A stretch of DNA of 64,000 bases from Spirochaetota bacterium (lineage in GTDB: Bacteria; Spirochaetota; UBA6919; CBDBPB01), in the NCBI GenBank assembly GCA_965208615.1, contig CBDBPB010000002.1:104054-168053 (forward strand), read 5' to 3'. The notes under the pieces were generated by a model, which did no database searches, had not been told where the DNA came from, and saw only the letters and a program-made list of their open reading frames with translations. Positions 19,486-30,352 of this stretch are shown piece after piece; within the stretch, counting starts at the first letter, position 1; each line of letters opens with the position of its first letter. Position numbers and translations under genes: made by a program.

Positions 19486-20730
19486 TTGGCATTTGAACCT
19501 ATTTTATTAAAGAATATTAAGCTAGGCGGGGCTTTAGGCATTGAGTCTTATATGTCAGGTGGGGGATATAAAGCGGCAAAGAAGGCTATAGCAATGGACC
19601 CTAAGGCTGTGACTAAAGAGGTTAAAGACTCTGGCTTAAGGGGACGTGGTGGTGCTGGTTTCCCTACTGGTATGAAGTGGAGTTTTGTTCCTGATAATAT
19701 TAAGCCTGTTTATCTTGCTTGTAATGCCGATGAGAGTGAGCCTGGAACGTTTAAGGATAGGTATATAATAGAGAAAGACCCTCATCAACTTATTGAGGGT
19801 ATTATTATTTGTTGTTGGGCTATACAATCTAACACGGCATTTATATATATACGGGGTGAGTTCCCTTATGGTGCTAGGGTATTAAAGAACGCTATACAAG
19901 AGGCTAAAAATAAGGGTTTTGTTGGTAGTAATATATTTGATAGTGGTTTTGATTTAGATATTATTGTTGTACGGGGTGCTGGAGCTTATATTTGTGGTGA
20001 GGAGACTGCATTATTGACGTCTATAGAGGGTTCAAGAGGTTATCCTAAATTGAAGCCTCCTTTTCCTGCTGTAGTGGGTTTATTTAAGAAGCCTACAATT
20101 ATTAATAATGTTGAGACTCTTGCCAATCTACCTCATATTATTAACAATGGGGCAAAGTGGCATAAGAGTTTTGGTACTGAGAAGAGTCCTGGCTTTAAGA
20201 TATTTTGTGTTAGTGGTCTTGTTAATAAGCCTGGGGTATATGAGTTGCCATTGGGTACTCCGTTAAGAGAGATTATATACGATCATGCAGGGGGAGTATT
20301 AAACAACAAAAAGATTAAGGCGGTTATACCAGGGGGATCATCCACACCTATTCTTACTGAGGATCAGTTAGATACAGCTATGGATTATGAGTCTTTACAA
20401 GAGGCTGGATCTATGTTGGGTTCTGGTGGTATTACTGTTTTAGATGAGAGCAACTGCATGGTGGATGCAATTTTTAATTTAATTAGGTTTTACCATCATG
20501 AGTCATGTGGGCAGTGTACCCCTTGTCGTGAGGGTACTGGTTGGCTTGAGAAGATTATATCCAGGATAAAAAATGGAAGTGGTCTTAAAGAGGATATTGA
20601 TCTAATACTGGAAATATGTGATAATATGGAGGGTAAAACTATTTGTCCTTTATCTGATGCTGCGGTTATGCCGACTAGGAGCTATGTTCAAAGGTTTAGG
20701 CACGAGTTTGAAGCGTATATAAAAGAATAG
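19486..20730 (+). CDS. nuoF: NADH-quinone oxidoreductase subunit F
   Basis: GRGGAGFPTG, NADESEPG, GAGAYICGEET, ESCGQCTPCREG. Confidence 0.97.
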   Translation: MAFEPILLKNIKLGGALGIESYMSGGGYKAAKKAIAMDPKAVTKEVKDSGLRGRGGAGFPTGMKWSFVPDNIKPVYLACNADESEPGTFKDRYIIEKDPHQLIEGIIICCWAIQSNTAFIYIRGEFPYGARVLKNAIQEAKNKGFVGSNIFDSGFDLDIIVVRGAGAYICGEETALLTSIEGSRGYPKLKPPFPAVVGLFKKPTIINNVETLANLPHIINNGAKWHKSFGTEKSPGFKIFCVSGLVNKPGVYELPLGTPLREIIYDHAGGVLNNKKIKAVIPGGSSTPILTEDQLDTAMDYESLQEAGSMLGSGGITVLDESNCMVDAIFNLIRFYHHESCGQCTPCREGTGWLEKIISRIKNGSGLKEDIDLILEICDNMEGKTICPLSDAAVMPTRSYVQRFRHEFEAYIKE

Positions 20731-20748
20731 CGTTAAGGGTTTGTTTAA

Positions 20749-22307
20749 ATGCCAGAGGTAAATAAGTTATTAAGTGTTACAATTGACGGTCAGAAGTATG
20801 AGGTTAAGGAAGGTTTAACTGTACTACAGGCATGTTTAGATTTTGGTATTGATGTGCCTTATTTTTGTTATCATCCTTGTTTATCTACTGCTGGTAATTG
20901 TAGGATGTGTTTAGTTAAAATAGATAAAATACCTAAGCTTGCTATATCATGTGCTACTATGGTTGCTGAGGGGATGAACATATACACTAAAGACCCAGAG
21001 GTAATTAAGGCTCGTAATGCTATTATGGAGTTTTTATTAATAAATCATCCACTTGACTGTCCTGTATGTGATCAGGCTGGTGAATGTACTTTACAGGACT
21101 ACTCATACCGACATGGGAGAGATTCGGGCAGGTTTACCGAAGAGCGTAATGTTAGGCACAAAAAAGACTTTGGGCCAAATGTCAAATATTGGGGTAGTCG
21201 GTGTATTATGTGTACAAGGTGTATACGTTTTTGTCAGGAGGTTAGTGGTACTGACGAGTTATACGCTTTTAACAGAGGGGATCGTTCTGTAATTGATATA
21301 TTCCCTGGCATAGAGCTTAATAATCCATTATCTATGAATGTGGTTGATATTTGTCCTGTTGGAGCTTTAGTTAGTTCTCATTTTTTATATCAGGCACGGG
21401 TATGGAATATGGAGCAAAGGCATAGCCTATGTATAGAGTGTTCTACTGGATGTCATAACTAGGGTTGATTCTTTAGGCAATAGGATTAAGCGTATAGTAC
21501 CTAGTTCAAATGATCGATTTATGTGTGATCATGGTAGGCTAAGTTATGGATATATGTATTCTGAGGATAGGCTTCGTTATCCTTTGGTTAATGGGGATAA
21601 GTTAGCTTCGTGGTCAAAGGTAATGTCCGTATTTAGGGATAAGATAAGACGGTATGCTAGTAAGTCTAGTAGGTTAGCTTTTTTGATTTCTGCATGGAAT
21701 ACTAATGAGGCTATGTTTATGGTTAACAGGCTTAAGGATAGTTGCTTAGACAAGAGTGACGTCTATTTGTATTATAAGCCTGATGAAGAGGATAAGGTTT
21801 TTCCTAAGTTTAGGATTAGTGGTGATCGTAATCCTAATATAAATGGTTTTAAGGCGGTTTTTAAAACGGGTGACATTAAAAAGCACTCAGTTAATTTATT
21901 AGTAGATAGGGTTAAGGCTAAAGAGGTTGATGTAGTTATAATAATAGGGGGTATATCCAGTGGATATATGCCTGAGAGTATTACTAATGTTTTATCTGAT
22001 CTTAAAGATGTTATTGTAATAGATTATATTAGTTCATCTTTTAGTAAGGCTGCGAGTTTGGTTTTACCTTCACTTAGTTATGCTGAGAAGGCTGGTAGTT
22101 ATGTTAATGATCAGCTTAAGGTTAAAGCTGTTAAGCCTGTTATCAATCCTTTTACCCCTGGTAAGTCAGAAGATGTTATTTTACAAGAGCTTATCATTGC
22201 CCTATCAGAAAAAGGTGAGGTTTTTATCTACTGCTGATATATTTGATGAGATGAATAGACAAGGAGTTTTTGATAGTTTAGTTAGTGAAGTAGGAGTAAA
22301 GAGCTAG
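20749..22307 (+). CDS. nuoG: NADH-quinone oxidoreductase subunit G (frameshifts ~21460 and ~22220)
   Basis: CRMC, NHPLDCPVCDQAGEC, RCIMCTRC, CDHGR, LVLP..YAEKAG. Confidence 0.9.
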
Positions 22308-22347
22308 CATTAAGTATTTAATTTTTGTTATATAGGGGTTTAGTAAC

Positions 22348-23971
22348 TTGGGACAACAGTTAAACTTGTTAGATATTGATAATGATAATAATTATATAAC
22401 TATTAGTGAGGCATCTAAGTGGGCAAGTGAATACTTGAACAGAAGTGTGACTAAGTCTCAAATATCATATTTAATAAATTATGCTAGGGTAGGGTCAATT
22501 AAGATTGATAGAAAAAATCATATAAACCTTAATGAGCTAAAAAATTATTATGACAATAGAAGTGAGAATGAAAAAAATAAGATTCTTAATGGGTTAAGTA
22601 AAGACGTTAACCTGTCCCTTTCATTTTCTGAATATAATGAATATGAGAGGACAAAGCATGTTCATAGGTTGCATCCATATAAAGGCAAATTTATTACTCA
22701 GCTGGTGGAGTATTTTTTAAGTAATCATACTGACGGCTTTAAAAAAGAGGTTTTCTTTAAACAGGGAGATATTGTATTAGATCCTTTTGCAGGCTCTGGA
22801 ACTACTTTAGTTCAAGCTAATGAGTTAGGAATACATTCTATTGGTATTGAGCTTTCTAGTTATAATGCTATTATTTCTAGAGTAAAGACTGAAAGCTATG
22901 AAATGGACAAAATGAGACAAGAAGGTGATAGAATTATAGAGCTATTATATCACCTTAAAAAAGAGACTACTGCTTATTATGATGAGTTAGATAAGCTTAT
23001 TAGGTTATATAATGAAAAGTACTTCCCATCTCCTAAATATCGAAAGGCTATACATGCTAAAGAGATTAATGAAAAGAGCTATGGGAAAGAAGTATTAGGT
23101 AAATTTAACTTTGATTATGAAAAAGCTATTAAAAAAGTTTAATAAAATACACCCAGATAAATTATTTGAGAATAAAAGTCATCATAGTTTTTTAGAGTAT
23201 TGGCTTACAGAGGATATCCAAAAAGAGATTAAAGTTATAAAAGAGATAATTGAGCTTATCAAAGATGAGAAGTTAAAATATCTTTTTATGGTTATATTGG
23301 GCAGGGCTGTTAGATCGTGTAGAGCAACAAAACATATAGATTTAGCAACTTTAACAAAGCCTCAATTTGCTCCTTATTATTGTGAGAGAAAGCATTTTAA
23401 ATTGTGTAGACCAGTAAATAGTTTATTAAGTCATTTTAAGAAATATTATTTGGATTCGATTAGAAGGATTAAAAGTTTTAGTATGCTTAAAACTAACGCT
23501 TTAAATCTTGTTTTAGAAGGTGACTCATATAGTATTGAGCTTGATAAGGTGTTGGAGGTTAAGTCTTTTTTTAATAAAGCAGGTAAATATAAAATTGATG
23601 GGATATTCACATCACCTCCTTATGTTGGTCAAATTGATTATCATGAGCAACATCTATATGCTTATGAGATTTTTAATTTGCCTATGAAAAAGGATAGAGA
23701 AATAGGGATATTAGGTCTTGGTAAAAGTAAAAAGGCAAGGGATCAATATTCTAAGGGTATTACAAAAGTATTTAGAAATTTGAAATCTTATTTAAAACCT
23801 TATGCTAACTGCTTTATAGTTGCTAATGATCGGTTGCAATTGTATCCAGATATAATAAATAAGTCAGGATATGAGCTTGTAAATGAGTTTAAGAGACCTG
23901 TACTAAATAGAGTTGAGAAAGATAGACGAGTATATGAAGAAAGTATTTTTCATATAAGGCCTAAAAGTTAA
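22348..23971 (+). CDS. Amino (probably N4-cytosine) DNA methyltransferase with N-terminal HTH-like region (frameshift ~23135)
   Basis: HRLHPYKGKF, VLDPFAGSGTT (motif I) and TSPPY (motif IV). Confidence 0.88.
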
Positions 23972-23973
23972 AT

Positions 23974-24456
23974 ATGTCATTATCAGGTGAAACACATTAT
24001 CAGATTGCTGGGCTACTTAAAAAGGCAGTTATAAAAAAGTTAGATAGTTATGCGATGTATTCATTTATTCACTCGATGAACACAACCCTTGGAATGTCAA
24101 TATGGGAGCAGATAGCTAAAATATTAGCTAAAGGTGCTGGAATGGAAGTTAAACGACAATATAAACTATTAGGTGAAATAGATAAACCTACTGAAGCTTT
24201 AATTGATGACAATGCACAAGTTGAAACGAATTTAGCTATTCCCTATAATCCTTATCATCCTAAACCTTATGAAAGGTGGACTCTTGTTGGCCTTTTTGAT
24301 TTAGACAGGGAACTGTACGCAGGAGAAGATTTCTGGAACTTTGTAGCTAATGATGACATTTATAATGAATTATTAAATGTTTTTGAAGAAGTTGGTAATG
24401 AGTTAAGGCCTAAAATTGATAATAGATTTGCCCAATTTAGAGTCAATTACAATTAA
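23974..24456 (+). pseudogene. TdeIII/MjaII-family type II restriction endonuclease, apparently internally deleted
   Basis: HSMNTTLGMSIWEQIA, AIPYNPY, GEDFWNFV; only 160 aa and no PD-(D/E)xK core visible. Confidence 0.65.
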
Positions 24457-24480
24457 GTTTTGGGGATAAAGTGAGGGATA

Positions 24481-25518
24481 ATGCTTGAATCAGTATTAAT
24501 TATGTCAATAAAGCCCTTATTAGTGGTATTTATGGTGGTTAACACTTGTGCGGTGGGTGTTTATCTTGAGCGTAGAATATCTGCATTTATACAGATGAGG
24601 CTTGGACCAAATAGGGTTGGCCCTTTTGGTGTACTACAACCTTTAGCTGACGTTATCAAGTTTATTTTTAAAGAAGACATAATACCAAAAGACGCTAATA
24701 AAATATTATATAATTTAGGTCCTTTTATAGCTTTTGCACCTGGTTTAATTGTTTTTGGTGTAATCCCATTTGGCACTATTGATTGGTATGATCCAAGTGC
24801 TAGTTTAGCTGTAGGTGATATTGGAGTGGGTTTATTATTTGTTCTTGCCATAAGTTCTTTGACTACTTATGGTTTGGCTTATGGAGGCTGGGCATCATAT
24901 AGTAAATATTCGGTTTTAGGTGGGCTAAGGGCTTCGGCACAGATGATTAGTTTTGAGATAGCTATGGGGCTATCGTTAATAAGCATAATTATGACAGCTG
25001 GGTCGGTTAATTTAAATGAGATGGTTATCAGTCAGACAGGTACTATTTGGGGTTTTTTACCTAATTGGCTTTGTTTTAAGCAGCCGCTTGCATTTTTAAT
25101 ATTTTTTATAACTGCTTTTGCAGAGACTAACCGCTTACCTTTTGACATGCCAGAGGCTGAACCAGAGATAGTGGGGGGGTATCACACTGAGTATAGTGGA
25201 CTTAAGTTTGCACTTTATATGCTTGGTGAGTATGCCGCTATGGTTACTATGTCTGCGGTTATTACGACGTTATTTCTTGGTGGATGGTCATTACCTTTTG
25301 TAGATAGTTTATTTTCTTCATCTGGTCCTGTGGTTATTGCTATTGTATCCATAAGTATTTTCTCAGCAAAGACTGGTTTTTTAATATTCTTTTTCATGTG
25401 GGTCAGGTGGACTCTACCACGTACCAGGTGGGATCAATTAATGAAGTTAGGTTGGCATATATTAATTCCTTTGGCACTTTTAAACATAGTGTTAACGGCT
25501 ATCTTATTGAAGGTTTAG
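24481..25518 (+). CDS. nuoH: NADH-quinone oxidoreductase subunit H
   Basis: RLGPNRVGP.G.LQPLAD, AETNRLPFDMPEAE. Confidence 0.97.
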   Translation: MLESVLIMSIKPLLVVFMVVNTCAVGVYLERRISAFIQMRLGPNRVGPFGVLQPLADVIKFIFKEDIIPKDANKILYNLGPFIAFAPGLIVFGVIPFGTIDWYDPSASLAVGDIGVGLLFVLAISSLTTYGLAYGGWASYSKYSVLGGLRASAQMISFEIAMGLSLISIIMTAGSVNLNEMVISQTGTIWGFLPNWLCFKQPLAFLIFFITAFAETNRLPFDMPEAEPEIVGGYHTEYSGLKFALYMLGEYAAMVTMSAVITTLFLGGWSLPFVDSLFSSSGPVVIAIVSISIFSAKTGFLIFFFMWVRWTLPRTRWDQLMKLGWHILIPLALLNIVLTAILLKV

Positions 25519-25528
25519 GTAAGGATTT

Positions 25529-26002
25529 ATGGCAAATAGTGCAACTTATAAGAGTAAAGATCATGAGATGGCTTTTTGGGAGAAGTTATATATTCCTGCT
25601 ATAGTTAAAGGGCTTATAAATACTTTGCGTCATCTTTTCATGAAGAAGTTTACCACACCTTATCCAGAGAAGCGTTTAACCTTTTCTGATCGTTTTAGAG
25701 GTGAGCATAGGCTTAAAAAGGATGAGAAAGGACGTATTAAATGTGTTGCTTGTTATATGTGTTCTACGGCTTGTCCGTCAAATTGTATTATTATTGAGGC
25801 GGCGGAATGTCCTTCTGACTATGGTGATGATAGAGAAAAGTATCCATCTTCGTTTATAATAGATGAGTTACGGTGTATTTACTGTGGTTTTTGTGAAGAG
25901 GCATGTCCTAAGGATGCCATAGAGTTAACGAGGAAGTTGCCAAGGGTATATGGTTCACGGGCTGAGTTTATGTATGATAGAGAAAAGCTTTTAAATAACT
26001 AA
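25529..26002 (+). CDS. nuoI: NADH-quinone oxidoreductase subunit I
   Basis: CVACYMCSTACP and CIYCGFCEEACP. Confidence 0.96.
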   Translation: MANSATYKSKDHEMAFWEKLYIPAIVKGLINTLRHLFMKKFTTPYPEKRLTFSDRFRGEHRLKKDEKGRIKCVACYMCSTACPSNCIIIEAAECPSDYGDDREKYPSSFIIDELRCIYCGFCEEACPKDAIELTRKLPRVYGSRAEFMYDREKLLNN

Positions 26003-26017
26003 ACGGAGACGATTAGC

Positions 26018-26548
26018 GTGGACATTTTACTGACTGATATAATATTTTTAATTTGTTCGGTACTGGCTATTATTTTTAGTCTTTTGGTTGTAATATCTAG
26101 GAATCCTATTTATAGTTCACTTTTTTTAGTTGGATCATTTATACCCATTGCTGTTATATATATACTTATGTACGCACCATTTATTGCGGCTATTCAGATA
26201 ATTGTATATGCTGGTGCAATTATGGTACTTTTTACATTTGTTATAATGATGGTCTATATTGACAGAGAGAATATAAAGATTGATAAGAGTAAGGGATTTA
26301 GGATATTATCGATTTTTTTTGTAGTGGGTTTTTTGTTAACTTTTTTACTGAGTAATATAATTAGTGATAAGTCTTACAATCCTAATCCTGATGAAGACTT
26401 TGGATCAACTAAAGCAATAGGAAAGTTAATTTTTGGTTTACCTGATAACACTTTAGAGAGTACACAGGTTATTTCTTTTGAGCTAACTTCAATTTTGATA
26501 ATGGTTGCCATAATAGGTGCTTTAGTTCTTGCTAAGAAGAGGACATAG
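26018..26548 (+). CDS. nuoJ: NADH-quinone oxidoreductase subunit J
   Basis: QIIVYAGAIMVLF. Confidence 0.95.
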   Translation: MDILLTDIIFLICSVLAIIFSLLVVISRNPIYSSLFLVGSFIPIAVIYILMYAPFIAAIQIIVYAGAIMVLFTFVIMMVYIDRENIKIDKSKGFRILSIFFVVGFLLTFLLSNIISDKSYNPNPDEDFGSTKAIGKLIFGLPDNTLESTQVISFELTSILIMVAIIGALVLAKKRT

Positions 26549-26551
26549 ACT

Positions 26552-26872
26552 ATGACATTTTTCACGCTTACCAACTCATTGATATTGGGTTTAATATTAT
26601 TTAGTATTGGGATTTATGGGGTATTAGCTAAAAGGAATCTTTTGGTTATCATGATGTCTTTAGAGATCATGTTTAATTCGGCTAACATAGTATTTATATC
26701 GTTTAATTATTTTAAGTATAGTCAGGCTGGTAATGAGTTTGGTCATTATTTTGTACTTCTTGTTATAGCGGTGGCTGCTGCTGAGGCGGCTATTGGTTTG
26801 GCTATATTAGTTACTATTTATAGAAACAGAAAGAAAGTTGATTCTGCTGATCTTACTGAGATGAAGGGATAA
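26552..26872 (+). CDS. nuoK: NADH-quinone oxidoreductase subunit K
   Basis: SLEIMFN, VAAAEAAIGLA. Confidence 0.95.
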   Translation: MTFFTLTNSLILGLILFSIGIYGVLAKRNLLVIMMSLEIMFNSANIVFISFNYFKYSQAGNEFGHYFVLLVIAVAAAEAAIGLAILVTIYRNRKKVDSADLTEMKG

Positions 26873-26875
26873 ATA

Positions 26876-28825
26876 ATGTCTGACTTTATTAGCCAACTTG
26901 ATAATTATATTTTTTTAATACCTCTTGCGCCGTTAATAGGTTTTTTGATTAATGGTATTATTGCTAAGAAGTTAAACCGTAGGGCAGTACATTTTGTAGG
27001 AGTATTTTCTGTTTTTATATCGGCTGTTATATCGGCGTTGGCTTTGTATAAGGTGGTTATTACTGATAATGCCATAGTTTATAATGGATATACATGGTTT
27101 TCGTCTGGCGGATTAGATGTATCTGTTGGGTTTAGGGTTGATCAGTTATCGGCTATAATGATAAACATAGTTAGTGGGATAGGACTGCTAATTCACATAT
27201 ACTCTGTTGGGTATATGAAAGAGGATAAGGGTGGAGCAAGGTTTTTTGCATATATGAACTTATTCACTTTTGCCATGTTGATATTGGTTATGGCGGATAA
27301 TATATTGTTATTATTCCTTGGTTGGGAAGGAGTAGGGCTTTGTTCATATTTGCTTATTGGTTTTTGGTATAAGAATGAGGAGTATGCCTCAGCTGGTAAG
27401 AAGGCATTTATAGTTAATCGCATAGGGGACTTTGGTTTTTTATTGGGTATATTTTTAATTTTCATTCACATTGGGACACTAACATTTTCGGAGATGCCTG
27501 CGGCTATATTTGCTAGTTCAGGGCTTAGTAGTTTAAGTAGTGAAACAGTTACGATTATAACTTTGTTATTATTTGTGGGAGCAGTAGGTAAGTCTGCACA
27601 GATACCGTTATACGTATGGTTACCTGATGCAATGGCTGGACCTACACCTGTTAGTGCATTGATCCACGCGGCTACTATGGTGACTGCTGGGGTTTATATG
27701 ATAGGCAGACTGCACTTTTTATTTGTCATGTCAGAAGTGACAATGCTTATTATATTGGTTGTTAGCGGTTTTACGGCACTTTATGCTGGGACTATTGGTA
27801 TAACCCAGAATGACATTAAGAAGGTATTGGCATACTCTACTGTTAGTCAGTTGGGATATATGTTTATGGCAATGGCGGTTGGTGCATTTTCTGTGGGGAT
27901 ATTTCATTTACTTACCCATGCTTTTTTTAAGGCATTATTGTTTTTAGGTTCTGGATCGGTTATTATAGCCTGTCATCATGAGCAGGACATGACCAAGATG
28001 GGGGGTTTAGCTACGAAACTACCAATAACCTATAGGGCAATGTTTATAGGGATGCTTGCTCTTAGTGGCGTTGTACCGTTTATATCTGGGTTTTTGAGTA
28101 AGGATTTGGTATTAGAGAAGGTATTCGAGTTTAGTGTATTCAACATAGGTATTGGCCCTATATTTTGGATAGTTGGAGTTTTAGCTGCTGCTTGTACTGC
28201 GTTTTATAGTTTTAGGTTATTGGGTATGACATTTTGGGGCAGGACTAACATGACCGATGAAGACTATCATCATGTAAAAGAGCCTTCTAAGAGTATGTCT
28301 GGGGTATTAGTTGTATTAGCTATACTATCGGTTTTTGGTGGATTAGTTGGTGTACCTGCCTTACTTGGTGGTAATAATTATATTCATTCATTTTTGGGTG
28401 GTGTATTTGGAGAGACTGTCCAGGCTGGCCATCATGGATATTTACCTTATGTACTTATGGTTATATCCACGTCTATAGGGATTATTATTGCTTTTAGTGC
28501 TGCTAAGATTTATGCTAGCAGTTCGTCCATACCTGATAGCTTTGTTCAAAGTGGCATTGGCAAGTTATTGTATAAGTTTTCGTACAACAAGTATTATGTG
28601 GATGAGGTTTATGATTTTCTTATAGTTAAACCTTTTACTAGGGCGTCTTATTATTTATGGAAGTTTTTTGATGTGCTAGTAATAGATGGTATTGTAAATG
28701 GTTTGGCGTATATTTCAAGGGGTTTTGGGGATATTGCTAGAAAGATGAACACTGGTAGTATAAATACTTATGCACTATCCATATTGATTGGCGTAATTGC
28801 TTTACTGATATATCTTATAGTTTAA
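26876..28825 (+). CDS. nuoL: NADH-quinone oxidoreductase subunit L
   Basis: GKSAQIPLYVWLPDAMAGPTPVSALIHAATMV. Confidence 0.97.
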   Translation: MSDFISQLDNYIFLIPLAPLIGFLINGIIAKKLNRRAVHFVGVFSVFISAVISALALYKVVITDNAIVYNGYTWFSSGGLDVSVGFRVDQLSAIMINIVSGIGLLIHIYSVGYMKEDKGGARFFAYMNLFTFAMLILVMADNILLLFLGWEGVGLCSYLLIGFWYKNEEYASAGKKAFIVNRIGDFGFLLGIFLIFIHIGTLTFSEMPAAIFASSGLSSLSSETVTIITLLLFVGAVGKSAQIPLYVWLPDAMAGPTPVSALIHAATMVTAGVYMIGRLHFLFVMSEVTMLIILVVSGFTALYAGTIGITQNDIKKVLAYSTVSQLGYMFMAMAVGAFSVGIFHLLTHAFFKALLFLGSGSVIIACHHEQDMTKMGGLATKLPITYRAMFIGMLALSGVVPFISGFLSKDLVLEKVFEFSVFNIGIGPIFWIVGVLAAACTAFYSFRLLGMTFWGRTNMTDEDYHHVKEPSKSMSGVLVVLAILSVFGGLVGVPALLGGNNYIHSFLGGVFGETVQAGHHGYLPYVLMVISTSIGIIIAFSAAKIYASSSSIPDSFVQSGIGKLLYKFSYNKYYVDEVYDFLIVKPFTRASYYLWKFFDVLVIDGIVNGLAYISRGFGDIARKMNTGSINTYALSILIGVIALLIYLIV

Positions 28826-28843
28826 GTTAAAAGTGAGTGTAAG

Positions 28844-30352
28844 ATGAGTTTTCCATTAATTAGTTTAGTTCTTTTTCTACCTGCCGTTGGGGGATTATTA
28901 ACTGTACTCATACCATCTGACAGGGAAAGGGCTATTAAGATAAGCGGTATATTATTTTCTGTTATAACTTTTATTTTATCCATACCGTTATTCACCCAGT
29001 TTGGCATTGATAATGGTCTTTTTGAGGAGAAGTATTATTGGATTGATCAAAGTATTATTAACACGTCTTATCACTTAAAGGTTGATGGGATAAGCTTATT
29101 AATTATACTACTAACAACTTTCATAACGCCAATAACCATTTTAGCGTCGTGGAACTCGATTAATATAAGGGTTAAAGAGTTTATTATATCCATGCTTGTG
29201 TTAGAGACGGGTATGATAGGGGCTTTAGTTGCATGGGACTTATTATTATTTTACGTATTTTGGGAAGTTATGCTAATCCCTATGTATTTTATTATTGGTA
29301 TATGGGGTGGTGAGCGTAAGATTTATGCGGCTGTCAAGTTTTTTATATATACGATGGTTGGCAGTTTGCTCATGTTTTTGGCCATATTGTGGATATATAT
29401 AGAGGTTGGTTCATTTGATTTTAATGCTATATACAAGGCTGATATTGTAGCTGATGTTCAGACGATACTTTTTATTGCATTTGGATTATCTTTTGCTATA
29501 AAGGTACCTATATTCCCATTTCACACGTGGTTACCTGATGCTCATGTTCAGGCGCCTACTGCTGGCAGTGTAATATTAGCTGGGGTACTTTTAAAGATGG
29601 GTACCTATGGATTTATTAGGTTAGCCATACCTATTTTCCCTGATGCTACGGCTGAGTATTCTTATGTGCTATCTATATTGGCTATAATAGGTATTATTTA
29701 TGGTGCTATGATGGCTTTAGCCCAGACTGACATTAAAAAGCTTATTGCATATTCGTCCATAAGTCATTTGGGATTTGTTATGCTTGGACTTTTTGCTTTT
29801 AGTTTAGGCGAGATGGGCAGGTATGAGATAGCTTATCAGAGTATACAGGGTGCTATTTACCAGATGATAAATCACGGTATTAGTACAGGGGCTTTGTTTT
29901 TGTTAGTGGGGATGATATATGAAAGACGGCATACAAAAGAGATGAGTGAGTTTGGTGGTTTAGCAAAGGTTATGCCCATATATGCTGTTGTATTTATGAT
30001 TACGACATTGTCGTCTATAGGATTACCTGGCTTAAATGGTTTTATTGGTGAGTTTCTTATTTTGATTGGTAGTTTTAAGGCTAATTGGGTATATGGTACT
30101 TTAGCATCTAGTGGAGTGATTTTAGGTGCTGTTTATATGTTAGTTCTTTATCAGAAGGTTTTTTTGGGGGATTGTACTAATGAGAAGAACCACTCATTAA
30201 AAGACTTATCCATAAGAGAGATTGTTATAATGTTACCCTTAATAGTTATGATGGTGGTTATGGGAGTTATACCTGGGTATTTTCTTGATAAGATAGAGAT
30301 TAGTTTAAACAGTTTTTTTGATAATATAGCGAATATTGGGTGGATGCCATGA
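28844..30352 (+). CDS. nuoM: NADH-quinone oxidoreductase subunit M
   Basis: PFHTWLPDAHVQAPTAGS, LLKMG. Confidence 0.97.
   Translation: MSFPLISLVLFLPAVGGLLTVLIPSDRERAIKISGILFSVITFILSIPLFTQFGIDNGLFEEKYYWIDQSIINTSYHLKVDGISLLIILLTTFITPITILASWNSINIRVKEFIISMLVLETGMIGALVAWDLLLFYVFWEVMLIPMYFIIGIWGGERKIYAAVKFFIYTMVGSLLMFLAILWIYIEVGSFDFNAIYKADIVADVQTILFIAFGLSFAIKVPIFPFHTWLPDAHVQAPTAGSVILAGVLLKMGTYGFIRLAIPIFPDATAEYSYVLSILAIIGIIYGAMMALAQTDIKKLIAYSSISHLGFVMLGLFAFSLGEMGRYEIAYQSIQGAIYQMINHGISTGALFLLVGMIYERRHTKEMSEFGGLAKVMPIYAVVFMITTLSSIGLPGLNGFIGEFLILIGSFKANWVYGTLASSGVILGAVYMLVLYQKVFLGDCTNEKNHSLKDLSIREIVIMLPLIVMMVVMGVIPGYFLDKIEISLNSFFDNIANIGWMP

Noticed and set aside
16365-22307. Pseudogenisation or programmed frameshifting of nuo genes
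   Set aside because: Isolated single-base indels, mostly in homopolymers, with otherwise intact conserved sequence point to long-read error.
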